64,000 nucleotides of DNA from Octopus vulgaris (taxonomy: Eukaryota), in contig OX597816.1 of the NCBI GenBank assembly GCA_951406725.2, forward strand, positions 147,436,001 to 147,500,000, written 5' to 3'. The notes below the pieces were generated by a model. That model saw only the letters and a program-made list of their open reading frames with translations, searched no databases and was not told the DNA's origin. Positions 1-14,275 of this stretch are shown one piece after another. Position 1 is the first letter of the stretch, and the number at the start of each line of letters is the position of its first letter. The position numbers and the translations under genes are program-made.

Positions 1-407
<407 letters not shown>

Positions 408-1040
408 CATACAGCGATTATTTAACCAAAGAAAAACAAGGTACACTTATTACAAAATGCAATATTATCTGAATATAAATGTATGAATAGCGCAGAAATT
501 AGCACTTCATCAGATGAGGAATATGAAAAATATATACTTGTCGTGTCCAATTAGATTAAAAGTGCAAAACTCAAACACGATACATAACGAATTCATATAT
601 TAATATATATAATTAAAACAAAGATTACACTTAGTTTAATAATTATTTATTTATTTTACTTTTACTTTTTATGAACACATAGATTCTCTGATAAACTCAT
701 ACGTTAGTTTTATGTTATTCCTCTCACGAAAAGCTTAGTTCCGCTCCACTGAGACAACTGTAAGCTCGTGAATAATTTGATGAATTTACCTTGATATATT
801 ATATGTATTCCTAGAGACAGACACACACACATATGTGTGTGTGTGAGTGTACGTGAGCGCGTGTGTATGTGTATACTTACACGTACACACACACACGCAC
901 ACTCACACATATATATATATATGTATATAGATATTATATATATACATATACATGCCTATACGTATATGTATACATACATGAATGTATATATATATATATA
1001 TATCTGAATACATACACACACATGTATATATACGTATACA

Positions 1041-1083
<43 letters not shown>

Positions 1084-1754
1084 ATATATGCATACATATC
1101 TATACCAGAGGGAGAGAGAGAAAGATTCTAAGAAGCAACTTCTGCAGATTCATCTTTTCATCAACATCTCATTTTTGTATATGTTTCGGAGTTCCCGTAA
1201 TTTACCGCTACCCGCATTTATTTTGATTTGCTTATATATATATATATATATATGCAGCAGTTTCAAGTCTTATAATATATTATTGAGAATGCATAGTTTG
1301 CCGTAAAATTTCCTGAGTTAAAGTTTTGAAATTATCAACAATTTAATTGGACGTATGGAAGTATTTCAATATGTATAACCAAAAGATTACGACGGCAACT
1401 AATTTAAGAATATGAATAACTATAAAACAGGAGGGGAAAGTACTTAGATAGAAGGAAAGACGGAGAGGGGTAGAAAGCAGAAAGAGAGAAAATAATATAC
1501 ATATATTTTAAATATTTATTTTATATCACAGTATATGAATTAGAGTAATCAGAGTAATTAAGAGTAGTACTCTTTAAAATGTCCCTTAATCTATCATATC
1601 GTTTTATATACAGAATATATAAAATGATGGAAGAGAAAACGTGAATGAGTGTATAAATTTGTAAATGACAAAGAAATAATATGATGATAAATTATTGAAC
1701 AAGAAGAAAACATTCTTCATACTATTTCTCTGTGATTTATAAATTCCTATATCC

Positions 1755-1910
1755 TTGTTTTCTCTCCTTGTTTTCTGTGTCCCTTTCAGTAGAAGAGCGT
1801 AGGCTCGAAACGTAAAAGACTGTTAGTATTCCTGAGCGTTATACTAATACATCTGTTTGCTTTGTTCACCACCTGTCTTCGTCTTTTGTTTTCTTCGTAA
1901 ACTCTCCCTA
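1755..1910 (+). mobile_element. Short Penelope-like terminal-repeat (pLTR) fragment with degenerate minimal hammerhead motif
   Basis: 1783-1818 reads cttt CAGTAGA a GAGC gtag GCTC GAAACGTA aaag (stem I, degenerate core, stem II, GAAA, ACGT palindrome). Downstream tcctgagcgt is shared with the 17434-17656 element; ends at (TA)n. Confidence 0.55.
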
Positions 1911-2027
1911 TATATATTTATACATATACATATAACAATACAAAATCTTTAATTTTAGGATTTAAAAAAAATATGCTAGACCACTGGTTCTAATTGATTA
2001 ATATCAATTTCTACCCTTATTTAATTT

Positions 2028-2073
<46 letters not shown>

Positions 2074-2732
2074 CAGGGGTCTGCGTGTGTGTATATAGAT
2101 GTACATATATACATTTACACACACTTATACATATATATATGTGAATAGACCCAATTGCGTTCATATATTTATATATATATGTGTGTATATATATATGCTG
2201 ATATGACCACATACACATATGTATGATTGTCTATACGTGCGTTTTTCTATATGTATAAATACGTCAATTTACTGTTGGAAATAAGTGTACTCAATATCCA
2301 ATGACATACTCGTTATCAATAATAGATTTTATGCTAGCTGGAGTCTATTGCCGCACTGAGTTTCACATGCAAGCTCTTCAGGCAACCTTTGAAGTTATGA
2401 TACGTATACATATATATATTCAAAGGAACTCACGCATATACGTGTATCAGCCTAGATTTAAGATATAGCCATGCATCCTGAGATACATTTTCAGTTTAAG
2501 TAATGATGAAGTTTTCACTACTACATATTAGTTCATAGTTACAGCTATACAGTTGACTTCAAATAGAATATGGAACTCTGTATCTATTTATTTTTACCTT
2601 TGAAAATCTTTAATTTACAAGTAACTAGCTGATGTGAAAAGGAAAGTAACTGTAAAAGACTACCGAAATGTATCTCATATTCTGAAGTCTTTGCAAAATG
2701 TATCATAAATATTTGAACTTGTAATATTTGAA

Positions 2733-2769
<37 letters not shown>

Positions 2770-3417
2770 GGAAAGTTTACGAAAATAATTTAAGAATATA
2801 TATATATATATATATCAATATAGGGATTGTATTATTAAAATACCATCACAAGTGGTAAGCGAATTATTAGCCGTACAGGCAAATTAATACTATATATACA
2901 TACAATATTACATATGTACAGAAGGGTACTATATGAGTACCTAAATCGCTAATTATAGAAGACATTTAAAATAAAAGTTATTGTACCACCGACAAGTCAA
3001 ATCTATTACAGACAAGATAGGGAAAAATATCTGTGAACAATAATAATGTCTAGCCTCAAATTCTATGTATATATATAGAGAGAATACAATATAATATATA
3101 CATATATATATATATATATTTGTATGTATGTATATGTATGTACATGTATGTATGTATGTATGTATGTATGTATGTATGTATAGTATTAATAATTAGCGGA
3201 GTTTTTCTACATCTATGCTTTTATTAAAGTGTTATTCTTTTCTGGAAAGGACATTCTTTTCTGGATTTATGCAGGTTTCAACTGCGTCGTCTGTGCTCTG
3301 TTAAATATGCATATGAAACCAATTTAAGGGGAAACACGGTTACCACCTGGATTTTATATCCCTTTAAACCCACACGCACACACATGTATACATACATTCA
3401 CACATACACACATATTT

Positions 3418-3721
3418 GTTGTGACCCCCTTCGGTCACACACTGACCATGGGCTTGCACCTAGAGAATTACTCACTGAGGCACAAGTCTGGGCAAGGTTG
3501 TTTTATGGAAGACCATCAGTCGCCAGTGTTATCCAAGGGAAAGGCAAGGGCCGATACTGCTTGGCACCTATGACGTCGCAACTCATTTCTACAGCTGAGT
3601 GTAGCAACGGGAAATAAAGCGTCTTGCTCAAGAACACAAAACGCAGCCCGGTCCGGGATTCGAGCTCACAACCACACGATCGTAAGCTCGATGCTCTAAC
3701 CACTGAGCCACGCGCCTTCAC
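3418..3721 (-). mobile_element. tRNA-derived SINE with CORE-like central domain (family A, tail type 1)
   Basis: Minus strand gtgaaggcgcgTGGCTCAGTGGttagagc...gagctcgaatccc (A/B boxes), then tgtgttcttgagcaagac. Its 3' part recurs at 58143-58343. Confidence 0.85.
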
Positions 3722-4007
<286 letters not shown>

Positions 4008-4813
4008 GTAGTGTGCGTGTGTGCGTGCGTATATACTGAGAACCGTGTGATCTATAAAGGTCATGGTGCAGTTAGTTTACAACAGGTCTGTACACGGTTT
4101 GTATAGATGACATAAAGCAGATGATACTGGATCAACAAATTATTTGTCCCATGTTCAATTTGATGGCGACTTCAATAGGTAATTCAGATTTTCTTGGAAA
4201 CATTTGTTGTATGGATTTACATTTTCGTTTCCCTACATGTATCAACTTATGTGGATGTACGTGCGAGTACATTTGTGTATGTATACATATATATAAACAT
4301 ACACATAAATGTATACTTGTGTGCGTGCGTGTATGATAAATGCATAGGTGTGTTTTTGGTTGTGCGAAAGTTAATTTTAAATTTCAACGTGCGTAATGGT
4401 CCACTAGCCACGGTAGAAGTTTGGTAGCATAGTCAATATTGTTTGATATAATCCCAAAACGTGTTTCTGGTCAGCAAAACTTGTCTCATGTAACAATCTG
4501 AAATTTCAATTAAATATCTTAAAACTTCGTAAACTATTGGAAGTTTTTACATTTTTTGTAAAGAAAATATTTTACAAAAGGTGTCATATACACAGTGACC
4601 AATGAGAAAGTGTATTCTAGAACATCCGTAAAAAGTATTCTGTCATATTTTAAGGATTAAATTACCATGTTACAGTCAAGGAAACCACGTCTGATATGAA
4701 ATTGAAGGAATACATCTGCTGATATTGGCGAATTTGGAGTTATCTAACAATGATCACATATGATGAAATGTGTTCCTAAAGCTATAAGTTTGTTGTGTAC
4801 TTGTGTGTGTGGT

Positions 4814-4900
<87 letters not shown>

Positions 4901-5097
4901 CTGTGTGTGGAAGTTACTATAATGTGTATACTGAGTTACTATAATTGGTATACTGAGTATATAAAAATACTTGAGCTCATTTGAAAAATCCATGTTTTAA
5001 CTTTCAGGACCATGTATCGCACTCTGCTTTTTTTCTTGCATGTAAATACGTACGTAATACACACATACACACACGCGCACACACGTATAAGCGTATG

Positions 5098-5128
<31 letters not shown>

Positions 5129-5357
5129 ATGTGTGTGTGTGTGTGTGTGTGTGAGTGTGTGTGAGCTGTGTCTGTGTTTGTGTGTGTGTGTGCTTGCCTG
5201 TGTGACTGTGTGAATGTTCATGTATATGTATATATATATGTATGTATGTCTCTATGTATATATATATATGAATATATAAATATATATGTATATATGTGTA
5301 TGTATATATGTTTGTGTGAATACACATATACACATATTCACACACATGTGTATCTCC

Positions 5358-5403
<46 letters not shown>

Positions 5404-5422
5404 ATATATATATGAAAAACTA

Positions 5423-5622
5423 GGATTAAAGGTGCTTCCCGTGACATAGGCTTATGAGGACGGTTTCCCGGATTTTGAGGCATATATATTCCTCCGATGA
5501 ACGCCGGACAATAGCAGAATTACTCAATTTTAGCAGCTGAGTGGACTGGAGCAACGCAAAATGAACTGTTTCAATCAAGAACACAACACATCGCCCCGTC
5601 CAGGAATCAAAACCACAAACTT
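5423..5622 (-). mobile_element. Family A SINE, partial, tail type 2
   Basis: Shares cagctgagtggactggagcaacg...caagaacacaac with the 3418-3721 and 29649-29972 copies but has a different 3' region. Confidence 0.7.
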
Positions 5623-5869
5623 ATTTATTGTAGTTTATGAGAGCAATAAAGATTTCGACATAAAATATACAGCCAGATTTATAGTACAACAAAGATGATA
5701 GTTATTGCTTCTATGCGTTTCTGATGCTTGTTTATCAAAGTGTAATGGATGACATGATTTTTTAAACCATGTTTTTTTCGAACTCTTTGTGGAGCCCCAC
5801 CCAGTCAGACTCTGAATTATCTATTAGCACACTCAAACACACAAAGATCGTCACACATGCAAACTCATA

Positions 5870-6725
5870 TGAGGTGGTATCAAAGTTCCCGGACTAGTTA
5901 TTATTATAAGTTATTATTTGATTAAATTTTAACATCATCCCCTTCTAAATAGTCACCTTCCGCAGAACTACACCGGTCCCAGCGTTTCTGCCACTTGAAA
6001 ATCCGTCCGGTTTGGAAGAGGTTTTCCATAAGCGAGTCAAGAACCTTCTGCGATCGGCTCTTCATCTCGACAACGGCATTAAAGCGGTGAAAATTTCGTT
6101 GCCTTTTTACCTTGGGGAAGAGATGGAAGTCCGCAGGTGTTAACTGGGGAGCAGGGTGGGTGTGGAAGCGATATCATGTTTTTGAAGAGAAACCCTCGAG
6201 TGAGGATAGCTTAGTGACAGAGTGCATTGAGGTCGCGAAGAATCCAATTTTTCTCGCTTTCCAGATCTGGTCACTTTCACCTCGTGTCCTCTCTCAAGCG
6301 CTTCAAAACGTCGTAGTAGAACTGCCTTGTTGGGAGAGGGGCGGAATCTGATGCATAGTAAGGCGGATGTCGAAAAAAATGGTGAACAAGCTGTTGAGCT
6401 GCGGCTTTGTCGTGCTTTCTTCGGCCATGGAAATGAACGGTTATTCTATTATGAAGACTGTTGTTTCGTCTTTGAAGCACGGTCAATGTCTGTAGCATAC
6501 GGCCCAAGTTTAACGCAAAATTTCACATAGTCTCCTTCCAGCTTCCATGAGAAAATTCGCAGACTATATCATAGATGTGATCACAAAAACATAATTTTCA
6601 CAACTTGTGAAGTAAACTCAGCGATGGCACTTGGCACACTACTCCATAAAAATCATTGCTTGTTTTCACTCCACATGCAACCTTGTGCTACAGAACTAGT
6701 CAGGGAACTTTCTGATACTACTACG
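5870..6725 (-). mobile_element. Tc1/mariner non-autonomous deletion derivative with TIRs
   Basis: Left end TA|tgaggtggtatcaaagttcccggactagtt; right end aactagtcagggaactttctgatactactacg|TA; flanking TA dinucleotides. Related pieces at 21738-21930 and 22188-22875. Confidence 0.8.
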
Positions 6726-6726
6726 T

Positions 6727-6861
6727 ACACATATATATATTCATATATATGAAAACACACACACATATATATATACATACATATATATATATGTGTATAT
6801 ATATATGTATATATATGTATGTATATATATGTATATATATATGTATATATATATATGTATA

Positions 6862-6910
<49 letters not shown>

Positions 6911-6985
6911 GTGTATATATATATGTATATATATATATATGTATATATATATGTATATATATGCATATATATGTATATATATGTA

Positions 6986-7072
<87 letters not shown>
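6727..7072. repeat. (TA)n/(TATATG)n microsatellite
   Basis: Directly visible; source of several spurious ORFs. Confidence 0.95.
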
Positions 7073-8262
7073 GCACACATATTTGCGTACGTACATAAAA
7101 CATTGTATATTTAGGGATATTACTCATAATGCTTGTATTTGTTTACAGAAAATATAAAGCGTTACCTCAACTCTTATTGTTGATGTTCACAGGCAGTGGT
7201 TCAGATCATGACATTTGCATCGAAATTTAAATTCTTAATTTTACTATTTGACATCTTTAAACAAATAAACACTCAGCAATCACTGACATTCATTTAATAT
7301 ATGTTGTATTTTGGGTTTAAAGAATTTAAAATTTTGTTCCGTAATAGCAATTGAGATAAAGATAGTCTTCGTTTCTCCAATATTTTTTTCTTTTCTTTCT
7401 CAGTAACAAATACAAAGTTTATTTTTAATTCTTAAATGATATCTACCGATGACAGTCATTTTGCTGTATATCAATAATGAAAATTAAAACTCCATTTCAA
7501 TCTTACCATACGAGATTAGTTGTCTGTTAATTTTGTTTGTAAAACAATGTATAATATTCTACATAAAACAAGGAAAATAATTATTGTCCTACATGTGTTT
7601 TTATTACAAGTACGATTAATCCTCGATGCCTCTTATTTGAGACAGTGTATGCAATAAAATACTAATCCGATTCTTTTCATTACGATTATTATTAATCTTA
7701 GAGTAAAGTCTGAATATTTCTCTTAAGAATAAATATAAATGGTTGTCTTTTTTTAAAATTTCAATCAGAAATATGAGCAACCGTTACCTTTATTGACTGA
7801 TAAACTGAAACATATACTAAACACCTCCTATATTACATAATAATGTATTAAACTTCATGAATTTCAGAAAGCTTTGAATAAATATAATGAAATAAAAGGA
7901 AGTCATCTTGAGACATTTGGCCCAATCTAGCAATACTTTTCCACACACAGAAAATGTGTGTGTGTGTGTTTGTATGTGCGTATATATGTGTGTGAATGTA
8001 TTTTTGCGTGTATGTATATATTTATGTATGTACATACAGGAAACTGAAAGTTGTAAACTTCAGGACTCTAGCTGTTACATTGAACATATTAGTACAACAA
8101 TCCTTCCTCGTCTACTTGGCTGACCATATAGTGAAAAGGAGTTACCGCAAATCAAAATTATATATATATAATTGTATATTGTATATATTGTGAGTGTGGG
8201 ATTTGTTTCAGAGTGTATGCATATTATTTTGGGATATATAAATGTCTATATCTATCTATATA

Positions 8263-8466
8263 TGTTTGTTCCTTCTCGAGCTATGCCTGGCTCATAGGGC
8301 CGGTATCCCGGTTTCCGTGACGTATAGGTTCCCCACTTGGACAGGATACCGATCCATCGCAGGTGAGCTGCAAGATGCAGGAGGAAAGACAGAGAGAAAG
8401 TTGTGGCGAAAGAGTCAGCAGAAGTTCGCCATTACCTTCTGCCGGAGCCGAGTGGAGCTTAGGTGC
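8263..8466 (-). mobile_element. SINE/LINE-tail-like interspersed repeat related to family A tail type 2
   Basis: ggctcatagggccggtatcccggtttcc resembles ggcttatgaggacggtttcccggatttt at ~5448-5475; GC-rich block between microsatellites. Confidence 0.5.
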
Positions 8467-9285
8467 TCTAACTTACTAGGCCATAGCTAGATATAGACAT
8501 AGATATACACATACATACATACATACATACATACATACATACATACATACATACATACATACATACATACATACATAAATTTATACATACCTGCATATAT
8601 CCATACATGCATACATACATACATACTTACATCCATGCATCCATGCATACGTACATTCATACATGTACAAGTTAATTCCCTTTCTTATTCATTTATTATT
8701 CTATCCTCCGATATTCCGTTTTTCCTTTTTTTTTTTTTTTTTGAAAGAATGACACATTAGATATACCAGCCATATAATTTTTCCTCTTGGTTATTTTTTA
8801 TCAGAAATAGTATATTCATTCTCGATCTCTTTCTCGTCTTTCATTCGCTCCCTTAATTCTATTTGTCTCTCAAGTCTTACATTTACTCTCTTAATTCCTA
8901 TCTGTCCCTCAAGTCTTACATTTACATCTCCTACATCTTTAATCCTCATATATCTTCATTTTTCATAACAAAACTCTCCCTCGTTTACGTTTTTTACGTC
9001 ATAATTCCTTCCCTGTCAAATATTTTCTTATTGCTTTCTGTTTCTAAAACAATTTTTTCATCTTTATCTTCCCCTTTTCTTTCCACTTTCTGTTTGTTCC
9101 TTCATACCCCTTCAACTTTCTTTATTCTTCCATCCTCTTCTTATCCACTTGCTTCTCTTCCAACATGGGATTAGCATCAATAATCCAAGTGTTATTTGCT
9201 AAAGTGTCTTGATATATTCAGAATTATCTCCTTAGTCATATTTCATATTAATTTCCCAACAGAAAATGGAACACGCTATCTCCCC

Positions 9286-9337
<52 letters not shown>

Positions 9338-9551
9338 CTCAATATTAATATGTATATAAATATTTGTGAGTGTATATATATATATATATTTATGTATGTA
9401 TACATATGCACACATATATATATATACAAATACACACATATATACACATATAATATACATGTGCATTTTAAGTATATGGATAACATATCTGTATACATAT
9501 ATACATAAATATGTATGTAAATATATGTGTATATATACATATATATACATA

Positions 9552-9602
<51 letters not shown>

Positions 9603-10069
9603 TCAATACTATAATATATTAGTTTGTAAAATAAAGGAATGACTAACTCTTATCCCATTATTTCATATGATGAGAAATGTTCAGTTATATCTTCAAATCA
9701 TAGCTTCAAACAAAAAATAACTTTTATTTTGAATTTCTTTCTTTTATTTTATTTTGCATATTTTATCTTTTTAGATTTCAGAGATTCTTGTTATTATTAA
9801 TTGTTATTAATTTGAATAAATATATCTTCATTTATGACAATAAAATCGTTTTTTTTTTTCGTATATATTTAATATTCAATTTTTAAATTTAATTTTAATT
9901 TTTCTACGTAGGTATAGCACTATTGTTCATTACATTCCTCGTGATTCTGAAGAAGCATGGTACCGTGGTCTCAGTGAGAAAATTGGAAAATACATATTCT
10001 CTTTCATTAATTCATACATACATACATACATACATACATACATACATACATACACTCAACCTTTAAAGA

Positions 10070-10467
10070 TGATTGTCTTCTCTCTAAACTTCGCCGTTGC
10101 TAATGGTATTTCTGACCTGCCTATGCAGTCTCGCGACAGTTTTGTACATTTTGAAACTTAGGTTACAGGCGGAAATTTTAACAGTCATTTGATTAATAGG
10201 ATCAGTCTGTGAGATATGATTCATGTGAAGGAGCACACCTTGAAACAACCGGTTGCATGTAGTTAGTTGACCTTTCATTGGACTTCAGACGATTACCATA
10301 CCCCGACATTCTTCCTGCCTCCAGCGTTTTGAGTCTGATGTCAGTACTTTCAAAGCCAGCCCCTTGGTCTATCACTTTCAAGGCGACTCTCTTCCAACGA
10401 TTTACAACTTTCCAAAGCTAGTTCTTCCCAATTCTTTACATTGATTTGCAGTTCCTTCATACATACT
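10070..10467 (-). mobile_element. RTE-type LINE 3' fragment (decayed)
   Basis: Minus-strand translation KVCMKELQINVKNWEELALE resembles the RTE C-terminal 'LK...I....WE..A' motif, followed by a zinc-finger-like remnant TTCNRLFQGVLLHMNH. Confidence 0.55.
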
Positions 10468-10756
10468 TTGTGAGTGGATTTGGTAGTCGGAAACTGAAAG
10501 AAGCCCGTCTATTACATATATGTGTGTGTTTGTGTGTATGTGTGCGTATGTGTCTTTTTATCTGTCGTTGTCCGTTATAACCGCTTGACAGCCGGTGTTG
10601 GTGTGTCTATGTTCCCTTAACTTAGCGATTCGGTAATAGAGAGGGATAGAATAAGTACCAGGCTTAAAAAGATATAAATAATTCGACTAAAATTTCATCA
10701 ATGTGGTGTTCCAGCATGGCCGCAGTCTAATGACTGAAACAAGTAAATGATAAAAA
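10466..10756 (+). mobile_element. Family B SINE, 5'-truncated
   Basis: ttgtgagtggatttggtag..ggaaactgaaagaagcccgtc ... gatagaataagtaccaggctt ... ccagcatggccgcagtctaatgactgaaacaag; matches the 17032-17433 copy. Confidence 0.85.
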
Positions 10757-11199
10757 TACATACATACATACATATATACATACATACATGATGATGATGA
10801 CTGTCCACTTGTGACTGAGAAAGTCCATCACTGATCATGACTGATCATTGCCCATCCAAAATGCCAGCAATGACCGTAAATGAGGTGAATGTACCAGCGG
10901 TTAGCTTCGGTTGACTGAACATCAGACAGCGGTCTCAGTTCGTGTGAACAATGTAAAAGGTCCAATAAGGCTTCCAAATCAGTTTATAGACACTTTCCAC
11001 CCTACTGATATGATTAAGTGACATGCCATCTCAGGATAGTCAGAACCAGTGAGGGTTGTAGACTCAGGAGTACGGGAGCTCCCTGATCTGGTGTGAGAGT
11101 AACAATCCTTTAAAGTGTGCCATACCATTCCCAGTATATCCGATGTGAAATCAATTCAAATAGGAATTGAGATTGAAAATTGGCCACCAAACAGAAAAG

Positions 11200-11322
11200 A
11201 TCCGACCGATAGAATAAGTACTAGGCTTAGCAAATAAATAAATAACTCGATTCATTCGATTAACAGTTAATCAAGGCAGTGCCCCAGCATGGCTGTTGAT
11301 CAATGATTGAAACAAGTAAAAC
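11200..11322 (+). mobile_element. Family B SINE 3' fragment
   Basis: accgatagaataagtactaggctt...ggcagtgccccagcatggc...gattgaaacaagtaaa. Confidence 0.7.
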
Positions 11323-11328
11323 GTAATA

Positions 11329-11377
<49 letters not shown>

Positions 11378-11399
11378 TGCAAAGGCAATGGTGGATTAT

Positions 11400-12540
11400 A
11401 AGGTCTCTATTAAAAATGAAAAAAGCCCATGATTGAGATAATATTTATTCGTTAACATGATTTCCATTACTTTCTAGAACTTCATTCCATCTGTCAACAA
11501 ACTTATGATGCGTAAGATGAATCCAACTCATTTTCAACTTCTTTTCTTGATATCAATCTAACACCATTCAAATGGTTCTGTAGTCCCCGAAACAAGTAAT
11601 AATCAGAAGGAGCAAGGTCCGGAGAATTAGGACGATGAAGCAATATTTCCTAACCAAGCTTTTCCAAGAGATCTTTCGTCAGTCGTGCTGTGTGAGGTCG
11701 ATCATTATGAAGCTGAAAGATGACACTCTTTCTTTTGAATAAGCAGGATCACTCCATTCAAAGCATCTTTCAGTCAATGAAGATGATCACTGCAGAGATT
11801 AGCAGTAACTATTTGATTGATGTTTAACTGTTCGTAATGGACAATTGCTTCAATATCTCACCATACACTCAACATGATCTACCTTGGATGAAGTACTCCT
11901 CTTGGTTGTTGAAAAAAGTCTTCCTCCTCGACCGATCCAAGAACGGCGGCGTTTAACGATATGGTAAAGGATTCACTTCTCATCACGTGTAACAAGCCTT
12001 TCTAAAAATGGTTCTTTAATGTGTCGTGAAACCAATTGACAACAGACAACGGACCACATACTGTTGCAGATTCTCTGCAGACAGCTCGTGTGGGACCCAT
12101 TTTCCAAACACTAAAACATTTCCGGTCCTTTTCAGTTGGCGTAGAACTTTTGTATGGGCTACGTTAAACTTTTCAGCAAATTCTTTACAATTAGTGGTTG
12201 GATTTTCTGTGACATCTTCCAACTTATCGGAATCAAGTTGTTTTTGAAAGACTTTCTTTTTGGCTCAACTTTCAAACTCAAATCCCCACTTCTGAAGTGA
12301 TAAAACCATCTCCGGCCACTTATTTCACTCACTGCATCATCACCATAAACTCTCTGAAGTCTACTTGCATTGACACCTTTATCAAACTCAGAGTAGAACT
12401 TGTCTAATATGATCTTTAGACGGGGTGAACATGGGTGCGAATATAGCAGAAGATTATGGCCAATACAATCAGAATCTGAATGAAAAATGTATAAATTACT
12501 CATTGTGACATTCTTAAAACATTGCAAGAGGCGCAATTTA
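11400..12540 (-). pseudogene. Mariner (D,D34D-type) transposase, decayed
   Basis: Minus-strand motifs: YGDDAVSEISGRRWFYHFRSGDLSL (HTH), KWVPHELS, LVTRDEK, HNDRPHTARLT, SPDLAPSDYYLF; many stops and frameshifts. Confidence 0.9.
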
Positions 12541-12914
12541 AAAAAAATACTATCTAAATCTGTTACGCATCGTAGATCTCCAGGCGTGCAGGTATTTCAT
12601 TGAGCAACTGTTTCCCTGCTTTATGAGATCTAGTTGTCTTTCTTCAGGCGATATGTAAATAATGTCTCCATAAGCTCCAAATCTCGGCTTTAAGAGCATC
12701 CTCTCTGTCTGTGGTGGCCTGAATTTATTAGTAGCCACTGAGTTTATCAAGGTGATTTTCTGCAGTAGGACCGTTGGCAAACTGCTTTGAATATGTAGAT
12801 GTAGTGGGATGGTGATTCTGCAACTGTTAAAGTAGTTGCCGTTTAAATGGATTAGCATCTGATTTCTTCGTACTGATTAATTTTGTACTGATTTCTTTGT
12901 AATTAATCCGATGG

Positions 12915-13240
12915 CACTGCTAGGCACTATAAGGTTATGACAGCTAACGATTTCAAGGGAAGATACTCCCAGCATATGCACTCGTTCAGATCCAGGGACA
13001 GAGAGAACTTTACTTCCTTGCCTCATTTTCTCTGGAGACTCCATGATCTCCGAGATGAAATATCCAACATCAAGTGGACTATTTTAGACAGAGCACCACC
13101 ATATTCCCCCGGTGCCCCCAACTGCCAGCTCTACCTCCGCGAAAAACTGCATATCCTCAAACAACTCGCAGTATCCATCAATAAGAAATATGATTTATTG
13201 CATTGCTGTTATCAGATATGCCCTTTTCGCAAATTTCAGG
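12915..13240 (+). mobile_element. Penelope-like element, C-terminal GIY-YIG endonuclease fragment
   Basis: TANDFKGRYSQHMHSFR...TSLPHFLWRL...IKWTIL...PPYSPGAPNCQLYLREKLHIL...SINKKYDL fits the 'FK.R...H..SF / W.I / C.LCL.EK..I / LN' pattern of invertebrate PLE endonucleases. Confidence 0.8.
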
Positions 13241-14220
13241 CCTTTGATTGCCGACAACCCAGATATATGCCACCTCAACACCAGTTGCTACTCTGCACCG
13301 CCTTCACCAAGGTCACCGCTACCAACCAACTCCATGTGCAGGACCACCATTTACCAATCCCCAACGTTCACCAACAGCCAACACATACCAATCCCCAACC
13401 CAGACCAATTTCCAACACTTACTAATTCCCAACGCCTACTTACCGCGTGTATACTCGCGCATGCGCGCGTGCACATGCACTTGTGCACGCGCATGCGAAT
13501 GCACCCGCACACTGGTACGTATGTGCACATGCATGCGAATATAAATATGTACATATGAATGTACATATTTATACGCATGTGTGTATGCGTGTATGTGTCT
13601 GCTTGTATGCGTATGTGTGTGTATGTGTATGCGTATGTGTGTGCATGTGTGTGCGTGTGCGCGCGTGCGTATCGTCTTGGCGTGTATGCGTGAGTGTGTG
13701 TGAGTGTGTGCAGACTTGCGCGTGCGCGCCCATTTACTGGCACGCACACTCGCATCAATATACACATGCACGTCTACATACCCACATATAGAACTATACA
13801 CTTGCATATGTCGCCCCTTCCTACTTCCCCCAACAACCTGACAGATTTCTAAACGCTACGTGGTCTATTTCATGTCTTCCATGCGGGTAATTTCATGTTC
13901 GTCTTACGGTATTTTCCAACTAACTGTAACCCATAGACTAGCATCAAACCACGACACCGCGTGACCTTCCTAGACTAATCGCAGCCCAGCTTACGATAGT
14001 AACACTCAGCCTCTGTCATTCGAATTCATAATGGCTGACGACTAGCATCACACTTGAAACTCAAGAATACCAACGAATTTGAATCAAAATGTTTTGAACC
14101 ATAAATGTAACTCCCAATAAATTGGTACAGTGCTCTTCTTTCATTTCTCCACTCACTCGTATATACGCGTGTGTGTATGTATGTGTGTGTGTCTGTGTGT
14201 GTATGTATACACACACATAG

Positions 14221-14275
<55 letters not shown>

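Noticed and set aside
490-520. CTGATGA hammerhead core on the minus strand
   Set aside because: No GAAA box follows the putative stem II.
3640-3721. tRNA genes at SINE heads (also 29890-29972)
   Set aside because: A/B boxes are present but there is no full cloverleaf, and they continue into SINE bodies.
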